Both the position numbers and the translations under genes were made by a program. A model generated the notes under the pieces. The model did not search any database. It saw only the letters and a program-made list of their open reading frames with translations, and had not been told where the DNA came from. From positions 2,534,699-2,598,698 of the forward strand of contig CM119269.1 of the NCBI GenBank assembly GCA_051294375.1: a stretch of 64,000 bases of DNA, given 5' to 3'. How positions within the stretch are numbered: the stretch's first letter is position 1; each line of letters opens with the position of its first letter. Shown one piece after another: positions 52,831-64,000 of the stretch. This stretch comes from Paraspadella gotoi. Taxonomy: Eukaryota > Animalia > Chaetognatha.

Positions 52831-54772
52831 TCTCGTTAAATTTCGTTCCAGTTGGAATGGACTGAGAAACCCTGATATCTCTGTAAATATATTATCTCGA
52901 GAAGAAGCGACGGTGCTGCGAGATAAAAACATTTTTTTTCGGGTGTTGAAGAGGGACGTGGATGGGATATGGAGGGGAGGATCCTTCCTCTTTTCTTTCC
53001 AGTTTTTCAAACCAAAAAGAAAGAAGAAACAAAAAAAAAAAAAGGGGAAAAATTTTCCCATTTCGAGGAATTCAACAAAAGAAGAAGCAGGAGAAGAAAA
53101 GAAAACCAAAAGAGCGAAAATGAATGAAAAAGTTTTGTTTGCCCTCAATTCACCGTGACACCGTCGGAGTTTGTGGATCACCAAGCCGGACCCCGTTCAC
53201 ACTTTTCACACAACACGATCGGACTCTTTCACCAGAACTCGCGCAACCTTTTCGCGTCTCACCATATGCTGTCTCCCGATAAACTGCAATTTATCACACG
53301 TCAACAAATCCACTGCCTTCTTCGTTCCATTTCATCACGCGTCGATAAACACACCTCATTAATCACTGCCACTTATTATTATCGTGTGAAGCGTTTCATC
53401 CGCTCGCCCTTAACATTGTAGAAAACCAAACAAGCGCCTGTAAACGAAACAACGCCGGTAAACGAACCAGCATGGTTGTAGTTTCGCTGTCTGCTTTTGT
53501 TTCCTCTTGTTTGGTATTTTCTACCAACAAATAATCATTAAGAGTCTTTTTGAGAATCTTTCCCCACCTTCGTTGTCACGTTACTCCTATTGGTTCCACC
53601 ATCCCCCAGTGCCTGACCTATTCATTCAACCCTATTTCTTGACGATGACGCGCTTAATGGCGCCCCCCCTTCGCCACGAGAGAAAAGATGACTCGTTAAT
53701 TCAACGAAAGAATCGAATAAATATTATATGAGAAGAAAAAAAGAAATTATAAAAAAAATGATTTAATAAAATGTGAATTTTGTAAAAATGAGTAGGAGGA
53801 AAACTGCGCACGATCGAAAAAAACGGAACAAGTTGAAAAAGTCTTGTTTTATCGCCCATATTAATCATTAGACCATAACCAAATAACAATAGTGAGGAGG
53901 AAATATTCTGCTGACACAGTGTTTTTTGAAATTCGGCCTCAATGCCTCTCTTAAGGCAAACAGCCCAGAATTTTTTTTCACTCCTACCGATTTTTTTTTC
54001 ACTTCTCAGACGCTTGTTTGAAAAAATTTTGGTCTCGGTCTTTCTTTGTTCTTCTAACGAGCACAGGCCCTGAATGATGGAATAAGTGTGAAAGTGAAAA
54101 GAAAAAGAAAGAAAGAAAAAGAAAAGAAAAAGAAAGATAAGGAAGAAAGAAAGAAAGAAAGAACAAGAAGATTAAAGAAAGAAAGAAAAAAGAAAAAAGA
54201 AAGAAGAAAAGAAAAATGAAAGAAAGAAAATGAAAGGAAGGAAAGAAAGACACGGAGATATGTAGTGAAAAAAGCAAGAGAGAAAGAGCGACAAGAAGAG
54301 AGCGAAAGAGAGAGAAAGAGTGAGAAAGAGAGAGAGGATGAGGAGAAGTATGAGAGAGAGAGAGAGAGTCAACCATCCCCAAACGATAAGGGTTCAAAAA
54401 ACCTTAATAGAAGCGATAGAAAACGAAGCCTCACATCTCTCTCTTTTTTGTTTTGGAAAACATAAATGGATAAAAAGAAATTAAAAGTGTGAAAGGGGTG
54501 TGGAGGGGGGCTGGGGTGGTGGCCTGGGGTGTGGACGGTGCGGGATTTCAGAAAGCTTCATGATTTTTTTTATCCCTTTTTTGTTGTCGTTTTGTCAGGA
54601 TCGATTCCAAACTTGAAAAGCGGAGATAAGAACGAAAAAGAAGCCGGTGATTCGAACAAAAGGGAAAAAAAGGGAAAAAAGAAAAATAAAAAGGGAAAAG
54701 AAGATAAAAGGGAAAATAGGGGAAAAAAGGTTAAAAAGGAGTAATGACGGGGGAAGAAAGAAAAGAGAAAAT

Positions 54773-55140
54773 AAAAGAATGGTTATTCTAATGTGTTGCG
54801 CCGCAGTGACTTTATTTTCACGTGTATTTCCCTTTGATCACATGATATGACATGACATGACATGTGTAAAAAACTTTTTTGGTCTTTGTATTTATGACAT
54901 GCACTGCATCGAGTCTTTTATTCCTTATAGTTTTAGGTTTTCTTGAAGGCGGCGCTATTAGTCCCTTAAATTTGAGGTTTTTTCCTGTTTCAACAAATGA
55001 GCAACCAACTATAGGCAAATTATATACATTTTTAACATTGGTGGGACAGACCAACGTACAGACATACGTACAGAGACCGAAAGACCGACCGAAAAGTGAC
55101 TTATAGAGTTGCTCCGCGAGTACTCGCGGCGCAACTAAAA
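54773..55140 (-). mobile_element. HINE-like element, copy 8 (cleanest, full length)
   Basis: Sub-terminal inverted repeat GTTGCGCCGC (54795-54804) pairs with GCGGCGCAAC (55126-55135). Terminal palindrome at 55107-55136, with the GACC/GACA microsatellite beside it. Confidence 0.82.
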
Positions 55141-56699
55141 AGAAAGAAAAAATGAGGTAGATGTTGGAGAAGGAAAGGCGACCCGACTTCCGGGTTTGCG
55201 GTTTTTATAAGTCTCCGCCGTCGCTTCGGTTCGATGCGTCGTGACACGGAAGCTTTTGAGGTCAAGCGTCGTTGCGTTCCTTTAAACAAGGTTTATTCTT
55301 ATTATGAAAAAGTAGAAGGATTATATTCAAATAAATTTCGTCTCATAAACTTAGATTTAAATAATTAATGGAGGAGACGTGAAGAAATAGAATTTCAAAT
55401 TCCGAGAAAGAGAATTACCCCTCGGTCGTTCGCTTTGAAATTTAAAATGAATATATAATGAATATTAAATGTTAAAATATTTGAGTATTGATACTAAGTT
55501 TTAAAATTGGTGTTAAAAAGGTAAAGGAGAGATAATCTTAAGCTTACATGTCAAAAACCCGCCATCGTTTTTTTGGGGGAAAATAATAAAGAATCGATGA
55601 GAAATATGAGAGGATAAGGTTTTTAACTAATACTAAATTTAAATTATTTGTTAATTTAATGATCTGCTTAATCTCATCCTTGACTTTTTCTTTTGAAAAA
55701 GAAATTCAAGGTGATGTATACATTTTTTTCTTCTTCCATTTTTCAAGGAAACGATTTACGTCAGGCGCAGACAACAACAAATCCGCTACTATGAATTGTA
55801 AATTGTAAATTGTAGATGCAGTGAAGAGAGTTGTCATCTGTTTCCACAAAGTCGGGAGATTCCATTTTTTATTTCTTTTTTCTTTTAAGTCTTTCACTGG
55901 GTTCTGGGAGCATTCATTCATTGCGTTTCGAATGGGTAATGAACTAAAGACGAAGTTCTATCAAAGAAAAACCGTCCAGTAAAACATCCAACTTACTGAA
56001 CCAAAAGAGAGATATTTTTTATTCCTACTCACAGACGGAAAGAATAATGAAAGCGATCGTCGACAATTGAATGCAGAGAAACAGCAAAAAGAAAAGTTGC
56101 CGTAAAAAATCAAAATACGTACGTCTTAATCCTACTTTTCTTCATCAAAAAAAGTTTTAAGGATTTTGAAAAAAAAAAAAAGAGAATTGGCGAAAGCGTT
56201 TGGAGAATAAATAACCAAAACGTGCAATGAAGGAAAGTGAATCAACCACCAATCCAAGGTAGATAACAAACAAACATAATAAAATAAGACAATGTAAAAA
56301 ATGCCTTTTAATTGTAATCATCGTATGACTGATCTCTTTGAGATCTGGCTGATGACTCAGTGGTCAGGATCGGGATCGACAAAAAACGATGAACGATGAC
56401 AGGAAGCAAATGCGAACGATGAGAGCGACGACAAAACGAGTGGGCATAAAGCGACGATTGAAGCAGCAAAAAGAGAAGAGTATTGTGTGTCTGCTTGAGT
56501 CCGCTGCTTCAGGAGCTTGCAGCAAGGGGGCTTCGATGAAAAAAAGTGTCAAAAAAGCATAATCAAATAGTGAATCAATGAATTTGTAAATGCTTTAGGC
56601 GATTTACTTTACCCTTGAATTTTGGTCGTTTTTTTTCTGTCATTTTTTCAAATTATTTTTTTTCTTTATTAAAAACTTTTTATTGATTTTTTATTAACA

Positions 56700-57530
56700 G
56701 TCAAGTTGAAAAAAAGTATGCAAGTTTAAAAAGTATGCAAAGTTAAAAAAGTATGCAAGTTAAAAAAAAGTAATGCAAGTTGAAAAAAGTATGCAAGTTG
56801 AAAAAAGTATGCAAATTGTAAAAATTATACAAGTTAAAAAAAAATTATGCAAGTTGAAAAATTATGCAAGTTGAAAAATTATAACAAATTAAAAAAATTA
56901 TGCACAGTTGAAAATTATGAAGTTGAAAAAATATGCAGTTGAAAAAAATTATGTCAAAGCTAAAAAATTATGCAAGTTAAAAAAATTATGCAAGTTGAAA
57001 AAATTATGCAAGTTAAAAAAATTATGCAAGTTAAAAATTATGTAAGTTAAAAAAAATTATGCCAAGTTAAATTTGCAAGTTGAAAAAAATTATGCCAAGT
57101 TGAAAATTATACAAATTAAAAAAATTATGCAAGTTAAAAAAATTAATGCAAGGCTAAAAAAATATATGCAAGTTAAAAAAAAATTATACAAGTTTGAAAT
57201 AATTAATACGAAGTTTAAAAAAACTATGCAAGTTGAAAAAATTAGCAAGTTGAAAAAATTAATGGCAAGTTGATAAAAATTATGCAAGTGGAAAAAATTA
57301 TGCAAGTTGAAAAAATTATGCAAGCTGAAAAAATTATGCAAGTGAAAAAATTATACAAGCTGAAAAAATTATGGGCAAGCTGAAAAAAATTATGCAAGCC
57401 TGAAAAAAATTAATGCAGTTGAAAAAATAAAAAAGATGAAAAAAGGTTGAAAAAATAAAAAAGTGAAAAGTATGAAAGTTGAAAAAAAAAAATGATATAA
57501 GGTAAAAAAGAATGATGCAAAGTTAAAAAA
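56700..57530. repeat. ~18-19-bp satellite (AAAAAATTATGCAAGTTG), >40 copies
   Basis: Direct reading. Confidence 0.95.
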
Positions 57531-57714
57531 ACATATACTTTGTACTACAGTCACAGTTTAGTTTTAAGCCCTTGAACTACGAATTTACATGTTTGGTGCC
57601 GCCACTGGTTAATTTATTTGATCAGATCTTGCATTTTTGGCCTATTCATCAAGAAAAAATAACGACACTTTTGGCGACGACGACAATGAAATAACACCGA
57701 TTCTGATTTGATAA

Positions 57715-57718
57715 ATTA

Positions 57719-57777
<59 letters not shown>

Positions 57778-57810
57778 TGATTGATAAATTGATTGAATTT
57801 ATTGATTTAG
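57715..57810. repeat. (GATT)n microsatellite
   Basis: Direct reading. Confidence 0.92.
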
Positions 57811-60039
57811 GCAGATTACCGCTTTTTCCAGTGTGGTCTGAAAGAAGATTCCGAGTTTCCCACCTCCGTCTCTGCCTCTCAAAAAGGGTTCCGTCAACGA
57901 GGACAACCAAAAACATCAGATTTCTTTTAATTTGAATGAAATGAAAAGAAATGAAACAGAAGCAAAACTTTTTATATTTTTCTCAGATAAGTTTTACGTA
58001 GAAAGCTGCAAAGTTTTAATCTCTCATCAATGAGCCATGGAATCACAGTCAAGTTTGAGTCTACTACTATGGTTCTATAAATGATATCCCAAGGTTTAAA
58101 AAATTTTTTTTGGGGGGCCCATTTGGGGGGCAAACGGAAGGAAAATTAAATATTTCATTTAAAATCTAAAAAATTTTAGTGAAATGAAACAAAATTTTAA
58201 ACAGCTAATGACAATTTAAATAATTTTTTATCAGATTATTAAGAAAAAGACGAAACAAAAATTTCAAGTTATTACATTTTGCGCATTTAATTTGGAGCTC
58301 ATCTGCAGCAAGACAGATGTGCCTCCTTGCTCACCTGATGCTCCTGCCTATGAAGCGGATTTAAGATTTTATTGGTATTTTTATCCAAGTATTTATAAAT
58401 GCTATATTATAACCATTATAAAAGTAAGACATAATAAAACATAAATAAAATATGTGTTAGGTAAAAATGTTAGAAAATATTGCCCTATGTTACAATATCA
58501 ATTACGACAGCAAACATCATGAACAGTTGAGCAGCTCATGCGCAATGTGCAATGTGTAACTGACCGATGTATATTGTTTGTTTAATAAATGAAATATCTA
58601 ATCTAAGTAATAAGGGGGATTAAGAAAAACATATTAAAATAGTGTCACTTTTTTCAGTGTGCTCTTTTTTTGGTTAGGACATTTTTAAGGTCAGAGAATT
58701 GCAGAAAAATCTTTATACTTGCTTATTTTGGTTTGTTTTATATCAGTACTATTTATTATGTTTTTGATGTATTTAAATAAAAAATGATTTTGAATTCGCT
58801 TTGTCTCTTGTGTCTCTCTGTGTCTTTCTCTCTCTCTCTGGACGATCTCTATTGCGTGATCGTTCGTTTTTTTCAATACAAAATCCGCAAATTTACATCT
58901 GAGATTTTTCGTGGATTTTTTTGAGAAAAATGTGGAAGAATAACTTACTTGACCTGGCAATTTCGTGGCCGTTGCTGGGGAGGGCAACGAGTAACAATGT
59001 CGAGGAACATGACCTAAATTAACGCGGTTTTGATGGCAACGGAAACCATTACGTGGTATGAAAAAAAATCAAAAACTTGTACCGAGATCCACGCAGCGTT
59101 GGCGAGGCAACGGATAACCGATATAACGAGAGTGACCTAATATTGCGTCTCGTTGGCGGAAAATTCTCTCTAATCTTTTTTTTTAAACAAAAAAAAAATT
59201 TGTAATTCGCTTTTTTTTTTTTTTTTAACCACCGTCACTAAGGTGATAAATGTTATGCCTTACCCTTAATATTTTTCTCTCTCTCTCTCTCGGTATCTCC
59301 TCTCTTCTCTTCTCTCTCTCTCTCTCTCTCTCGTCACTCACGATATCTGAGTTTATTTTAGAGGTTTTTTTGCATGGCCGTTGTCAATTTTTGGAGAGAG
59401 AAGGAGAGAGAGACGTTCTTGTAGTTCTGTTTAAGACTCACCATTGAAACGTTTGGCCCGTTCCGAATATTGGTTTTACGGGATTTTTCTGTACAATAAA
59501 GTTTCTCTCTTTCTGCTTATTCATCGTGACTTTTTATTCAATGAATTTATCTCGAGATTCAGCGAAACATTCAGTCGAAATCTCCCTCGTCAAACTTCAG
59601 GTACGGCAAACGGAGTCTCGAACGCGCGACTCCGGGGCGTGAAAGTCCGAAAAAACAACTTCAACGAGTAAACGAGTTCCGGCCTCTCTCTCTCTCACTT
59701 CTTTCCTCTTTCCTCTCTCTCTCTCTCTCTTTTTTTTTTTTTTTACAAAAAACTTTTTTTTTAAATGTTTCCGGCTCTGCAGCGTCCTCCAGATCTTTCT
59801 CTCTCTCTCTCTCTCTTTCTGTCCTCTCTCTCTCTCTTACAATCTCTTGCGTGATTATTTTTTCCTTTCCTAAAACTTTTATTCATGCGCCATTTATTCC
59901 GCGCTTGTTTCTTCAATACAAAATCCCACTCTCCTCGTTCTTTAATTTTCTCGCTTTCTCTCTCTCTCTTTCACTCATAACACGCATTTGTTTGTTTTAT
60001 TTTATGATGAATGATTCATCGCGTCAATGAAATGACTAT

Positions 60040-60210
60040 CATAGCATCTAATAATGTTTTGGTTATCATCGCATCAATATTTGTTTATCATCGCACAATA
60101 TTTTTGTTATCAAATCATCGCATCAAATATTTTGTTATCAATCGCATCAATCCTTTGGTTATCATCGAGTCAAATATTTGGTTATCAAATCGCATCAATA
60201 TTTGGTGTCA
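60040..60210. repeat. ~25-bp degenerate tandem repeat (TTATCATCGCATCAAATATTTGG)
   Basis: About 6 copies by eye. Confidence 0.8.
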
Positions 60211-61725
60211 ATCGGAAGGCAGGGCGTCGGTCCTTTTCCTTTTTAAGATTTTTTTTCTTAAAGGGAAAAAAATACGGTAGAAGGTTATTTTTAAAACATA
60301 AAAGATCACTGTATTCTGCGTCATAAACAATCTTCTCATCAACTAGTTATGGTAGTGGAATATACACTGTAAAACTCGAAGTGCAGTCGTATTTATTTTT
60401 TCAAAATGTTTTTTTTTCGGATTTTTCTATCCACCTGTCCACAGTCTCGGTGATCTAAACTTCGGATAATGATTGTTAAAGGGGACATAGGGTTTTCCAT
60501 GCCAAACTATCCACCGAATTAACGTAATTGATTCTCACTCCCCTTAACGCGGACATAAATTTTCCTTTCTTTATTTTAAAAAAAATATAAAATAAGTTAA
60601 AGGTCTGTTTTTCAATAACAATAATAAGATATGATGAAAAAACCTTCTCCCGATAAAAACCGGCGGAATCAAAAAAACGATAGGACGGCGGGCGCGCGGG
60701 AAAGATAAATAAAAATTAAAAGCCGAATAGAAAGGCGCCCAGAAATTAAAGCCGCCGGGCGTTTTAGGCGTTCATAGCGCGTGGAGGACCGCGCCGAAAA
60801 TTAACGCAGGACCAAGTGACGCCTGCTTGGCAAGAAATCACCAGAGGAATTCCATAACTCTTAACTTTTTTTACTTTTTTTTTTTCTCTCTCTCTCTCGT
60901 CTCCATTCTCTCTCAATCTCTCTGCTCTCTCCTCTCTCTCCTCTCTCTCTCTTCTCCTTTTTCTCGCTCTCGCCCAACGCGAGAATAATTTATCATCTCG
61001 GAAAATTTCTGTTCCGATCCGCGCATACGAAATCTGGGGCATCGAGAAAAAAAAAAAACAGTGAAAATAGACTCTTTTTTTGTTTTTTGTCTCCTTTGTT
61101 TTTTGTTTCACGTTTTTAAATTGGAAAATAATTTTTTTTTTTTTTTTNNNNNNNNNNNNNNNNNNNNNNNNNATTTTTAACTAGAAAGAGAGAAGAGAGA
61201 GAGAACAGAGAGAGGAGACGAGATGAAGAGAAGAGAGAGAGAGAGGGAGAGAGTAGAGAGAGAGAGAGCAGAGAAGAGAGAAGATGAGAGAGAGAGAGAG
61301 AGAGAGGAGAGACGCAGAGAGAGAAATTTTAAATGTTAAAAGTTTTCAGGTTTCGATTGTACGTAATTATAGCAATCACATTGTTTGATTAAACGGAATT
61401 AAACGGATTAACGGATTATAAATTTTCCTTTCTTTATTTTAAAAAAAATATAAATAAGTTAAAGGTCTGTTTTTCAATAACAATAATAAATATGATGAAA
61501 AAACCTTCTTCCCGATAAAACCGCGGTCAAAAAACGATTAGGACCGCGCGCGGCGAAGATAAATAAAATTAAAAGCCGAATAGAAAGGCGCCCAGGAAAT
61601 TAAAGCCGCCGGGCGTTTTTAGGCGTTCATGCGCGTGGATGGACCGCGCCGAAAATTAACCAGGCAAAGGACGCCCTTGCGCAAGAAATCACCAGAGAAT
61701 TCCATAACTCTTAACTTTTTTTTTA

Positions 61726-61800
<75 letters not shown>

Positions 61801-61833
61801 ATCTCTCTCTCTCTCTCTTCTCTGTTCGTCTCT

Positions 61834-61917
<84 letters not shown>

Positions 61918-63081
61918 TTTTCGTTCGCAGTTGATGACTGAGAAACCCTGAATCCTGTGCGAAAGTTTTTGTGAAACCGAGAAGCGACGGTGGAGATAAA
62001 AAAACATTTTTTTTCGGGGTGTTGAAGGAGGGACGTGGATGGGATATGGAGGGGAGGATCCTCTCCTCTTTTCTTTCCAGTTTTTCAAACCAAAAAGAAA
62101 AGAAGAAAAAAGAAATTTCCATTCGAGGAATTCAACAAAAGAAAAGAAGAAAAGAAAAACCAAAGAAGCGAAAATGAATGGAAAAGTTTTGTTTTGCCTC
62201 AATTCGACCGTGAACCGTCGGAGTTTGTGATCACCAAGCCGCGACCCCGTTCACACTTTTCACACAAAACGAATCGACTCTTTCACCAGAACTCGCGCAA
62301 CCTTTTCGCGTCTCACCATATGCTGTCTCCCGATAAACTGCAATTTATCACACGTCAACAAATCACTGCCTTCTTCGATTCCATTTATCACGCGTCGATA
62401 AATCACACCTCATTTAATCACTGCCACTTTATTTCGTGTGAAACGTTTATTCGCGTGGCCTTAACATGTGGTAGAAAACGAAACAACGGCCGGTAAACGA
62501 AACAGCATGCGTTTCTTAGTTTCGCTCGTCTGCTTTTGTTTCCTTTGTTTTGATTTTCTTCCAACAAATAATCTTTTTAGTCTTTTTTAGAGAATCTTCC
62601 CCTACCTTTTTGTTGTCACGTTTACTCCTATCGGTTCCACCATCCCCCAGTGCCTGACGCTATTTCATTCAACCCTATTTCTTTGACGAGACGGCGCTAA
62701 TGGTGGCGCCCCACTTCGCCACGGAGAGAAAGATGACTCGTTAATTCAACAAAGAATCGAATATTAAGAAAAGAAAAAGAAATATAAAAAATGATAATAA
62801 AATGTGAATTTTGTATGAGTTAAAGGAGAAAACTGCGACGTCGAAAAAAGGGAACAAGTTGAAAAGTTCATGTTTTTGCATATTAATATTAGATATAACC
62901 AAATAACAAGTGATAGAAATATTCTGCTGAGTGTTTGAAATGCCTCAATGCCTCTAAGGCATAACAACAGAATTTCACTCTTACCGATTTCACTTTTCTG
63001 AGACGCTTGTTTGAAAATTTGGTCTCGGTTCTTTTGTCTCTAACGAGCACAGGCCTGAATGAATGGAATAAGTGAAAGTGA

Positions 63082-63113
<32 letters not shown>

Positions 63114-63278
63114 NNNNNNNNNNNNNNNNNNNNNNNNGAGAGAGAGAGAGAGAGAGAGAGATAAAGAGAGAGAGAGAAAGAGAGAAAGAGAGAGAGAGTC
63201 AAACATCCCAAACGATAAAGGGGTCTAAAAAACCTGAATAGAGAGCGAAAGAACAGCCCATTCATCAATTAAAGAAAC

Positions 63279-63363
<85 letters not shown>

Positions 63364-63391
63364 AGAAAGAGAAGAGAGAGAGAGAGAGATA

Positions 63392-63454
<63 letters not shown>

Positions 63455-64000
63455 TAAAAAAAAAGTTTAAGAGTTATGGAGATTCCTCTGGTGATTTCTT
63501 GCGCAAGGGCGTCACTTTGCCTGGTTAATTTTCGGCGCGGTCCTCCACGCGATGAACGCCTAAAAACGCCCGCGGCTTTAATTTCTGGGCGCCTTCTATT
63601 CGGCTTTAATTTTTATTTTATCTTCGCCGCCGCGTCTAATCGTTTTTGACCCGGTTTTATCGGAAGAAGGTTTTTTCATCATATTTCTTATTGTTATTGA
63701 AAACAGACTTTAACTTATTTAATATTTTTTTTAAAATAAAGAAAGAAAATTTATAATCCGTTAATCCGTTTAATTCCGTTATAACAAACAATGTGATTGG
63801 TATAATTACGTACAATCGGAAACCTAAACTTTTAACATGTTAAAATTTCTCCTCTCTGCGTCTCTCTCTCTCTCTCTCCTCTCGTCTCTCTTCTCGGTCT
63901 CTCTTCTCTCCTTCTCTCTCCTCTCTCACCTCTCCCTCTCTCTCTCTCTTCTCTCATCTCGTCTCTCTCTCTGTTCTCTTTCTTCCTCTCTAGTTAAATT

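Larger units (their letters stand above)
49621..56006 (+). repeat. Direct duplication: 49621-52113 vs 54455-56006
   Basis: Colinear matches from TAAATGATAAAAGAAATTAAAGTGTG to AAAACATCCAACTTACTGAACCAAAA. The first copy has an extra ~914 bp. Confidence 0.92.
52125..64000. repeat. Complex duplication: segment Y (~52125-52740) inverted at ~60560-61118 and ~61323-61722 and direct at ~63455-63850; segment Z (~52830-54435) direct at ~61912-63260
   Basis: Shared anchors: AAGAGTTATGGAATTCTCTGGTGATTT, TAATTACGTACA, TTTCACCAGAACTCGCGCAACCTTTTCGCGTCTCACCATATGCTG. Confidence 0.9.

Noticed and set aside
55153-55175. TGAGGTAG let-7-like seed (also ~50312)
   Set aside because: The 3' part does not match let-7 and there is no complementary star arm.
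56340-56562. Coding-like stretch (QEANANDESDDKTSGHKATIEAAKEKSIVCLLESAASGACSKG)
   Set aside because: Short, closed by stops, no recognisable homology or convincing splice sites, and in a noisy region.

Overview
Eukaryotic (metazoan, probably invertebrate) genomic DNA from a gapped draft assembly. The only clearly recognisable gene is a compact eyes shut (EYS/spacemaker) orthologue on the minus strand (about 5646 to <1). It has four visible exons, and its >3.7-kb fourth exon runs off the window edge, so it is missing from the ORF track. The remaining ~58 kb has no identifiable protein-coding gene and nearly all track ORFs there are microsatellite artefacts. That region holds dense (GA)n/(TC)n and other simple repeats, several minisatellites, 8 copies of a Helentron-associated (HINE/DINE-1-like) element, two hAT-type non-autonomous elements (one present in only one of two duplicate copies), and a 66-bp palindromic insertion with AGTAGT ends and a 5-bp target duplication. 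It also has clusters of promoter-like motifs and multi-kb inverted and direct duplications. These duplications abut 25-N gaps and carry long-read-like indel noise, so they are probably at least partly assembly artefacts. No rRNA, tRNA or CRISPR array is supported.
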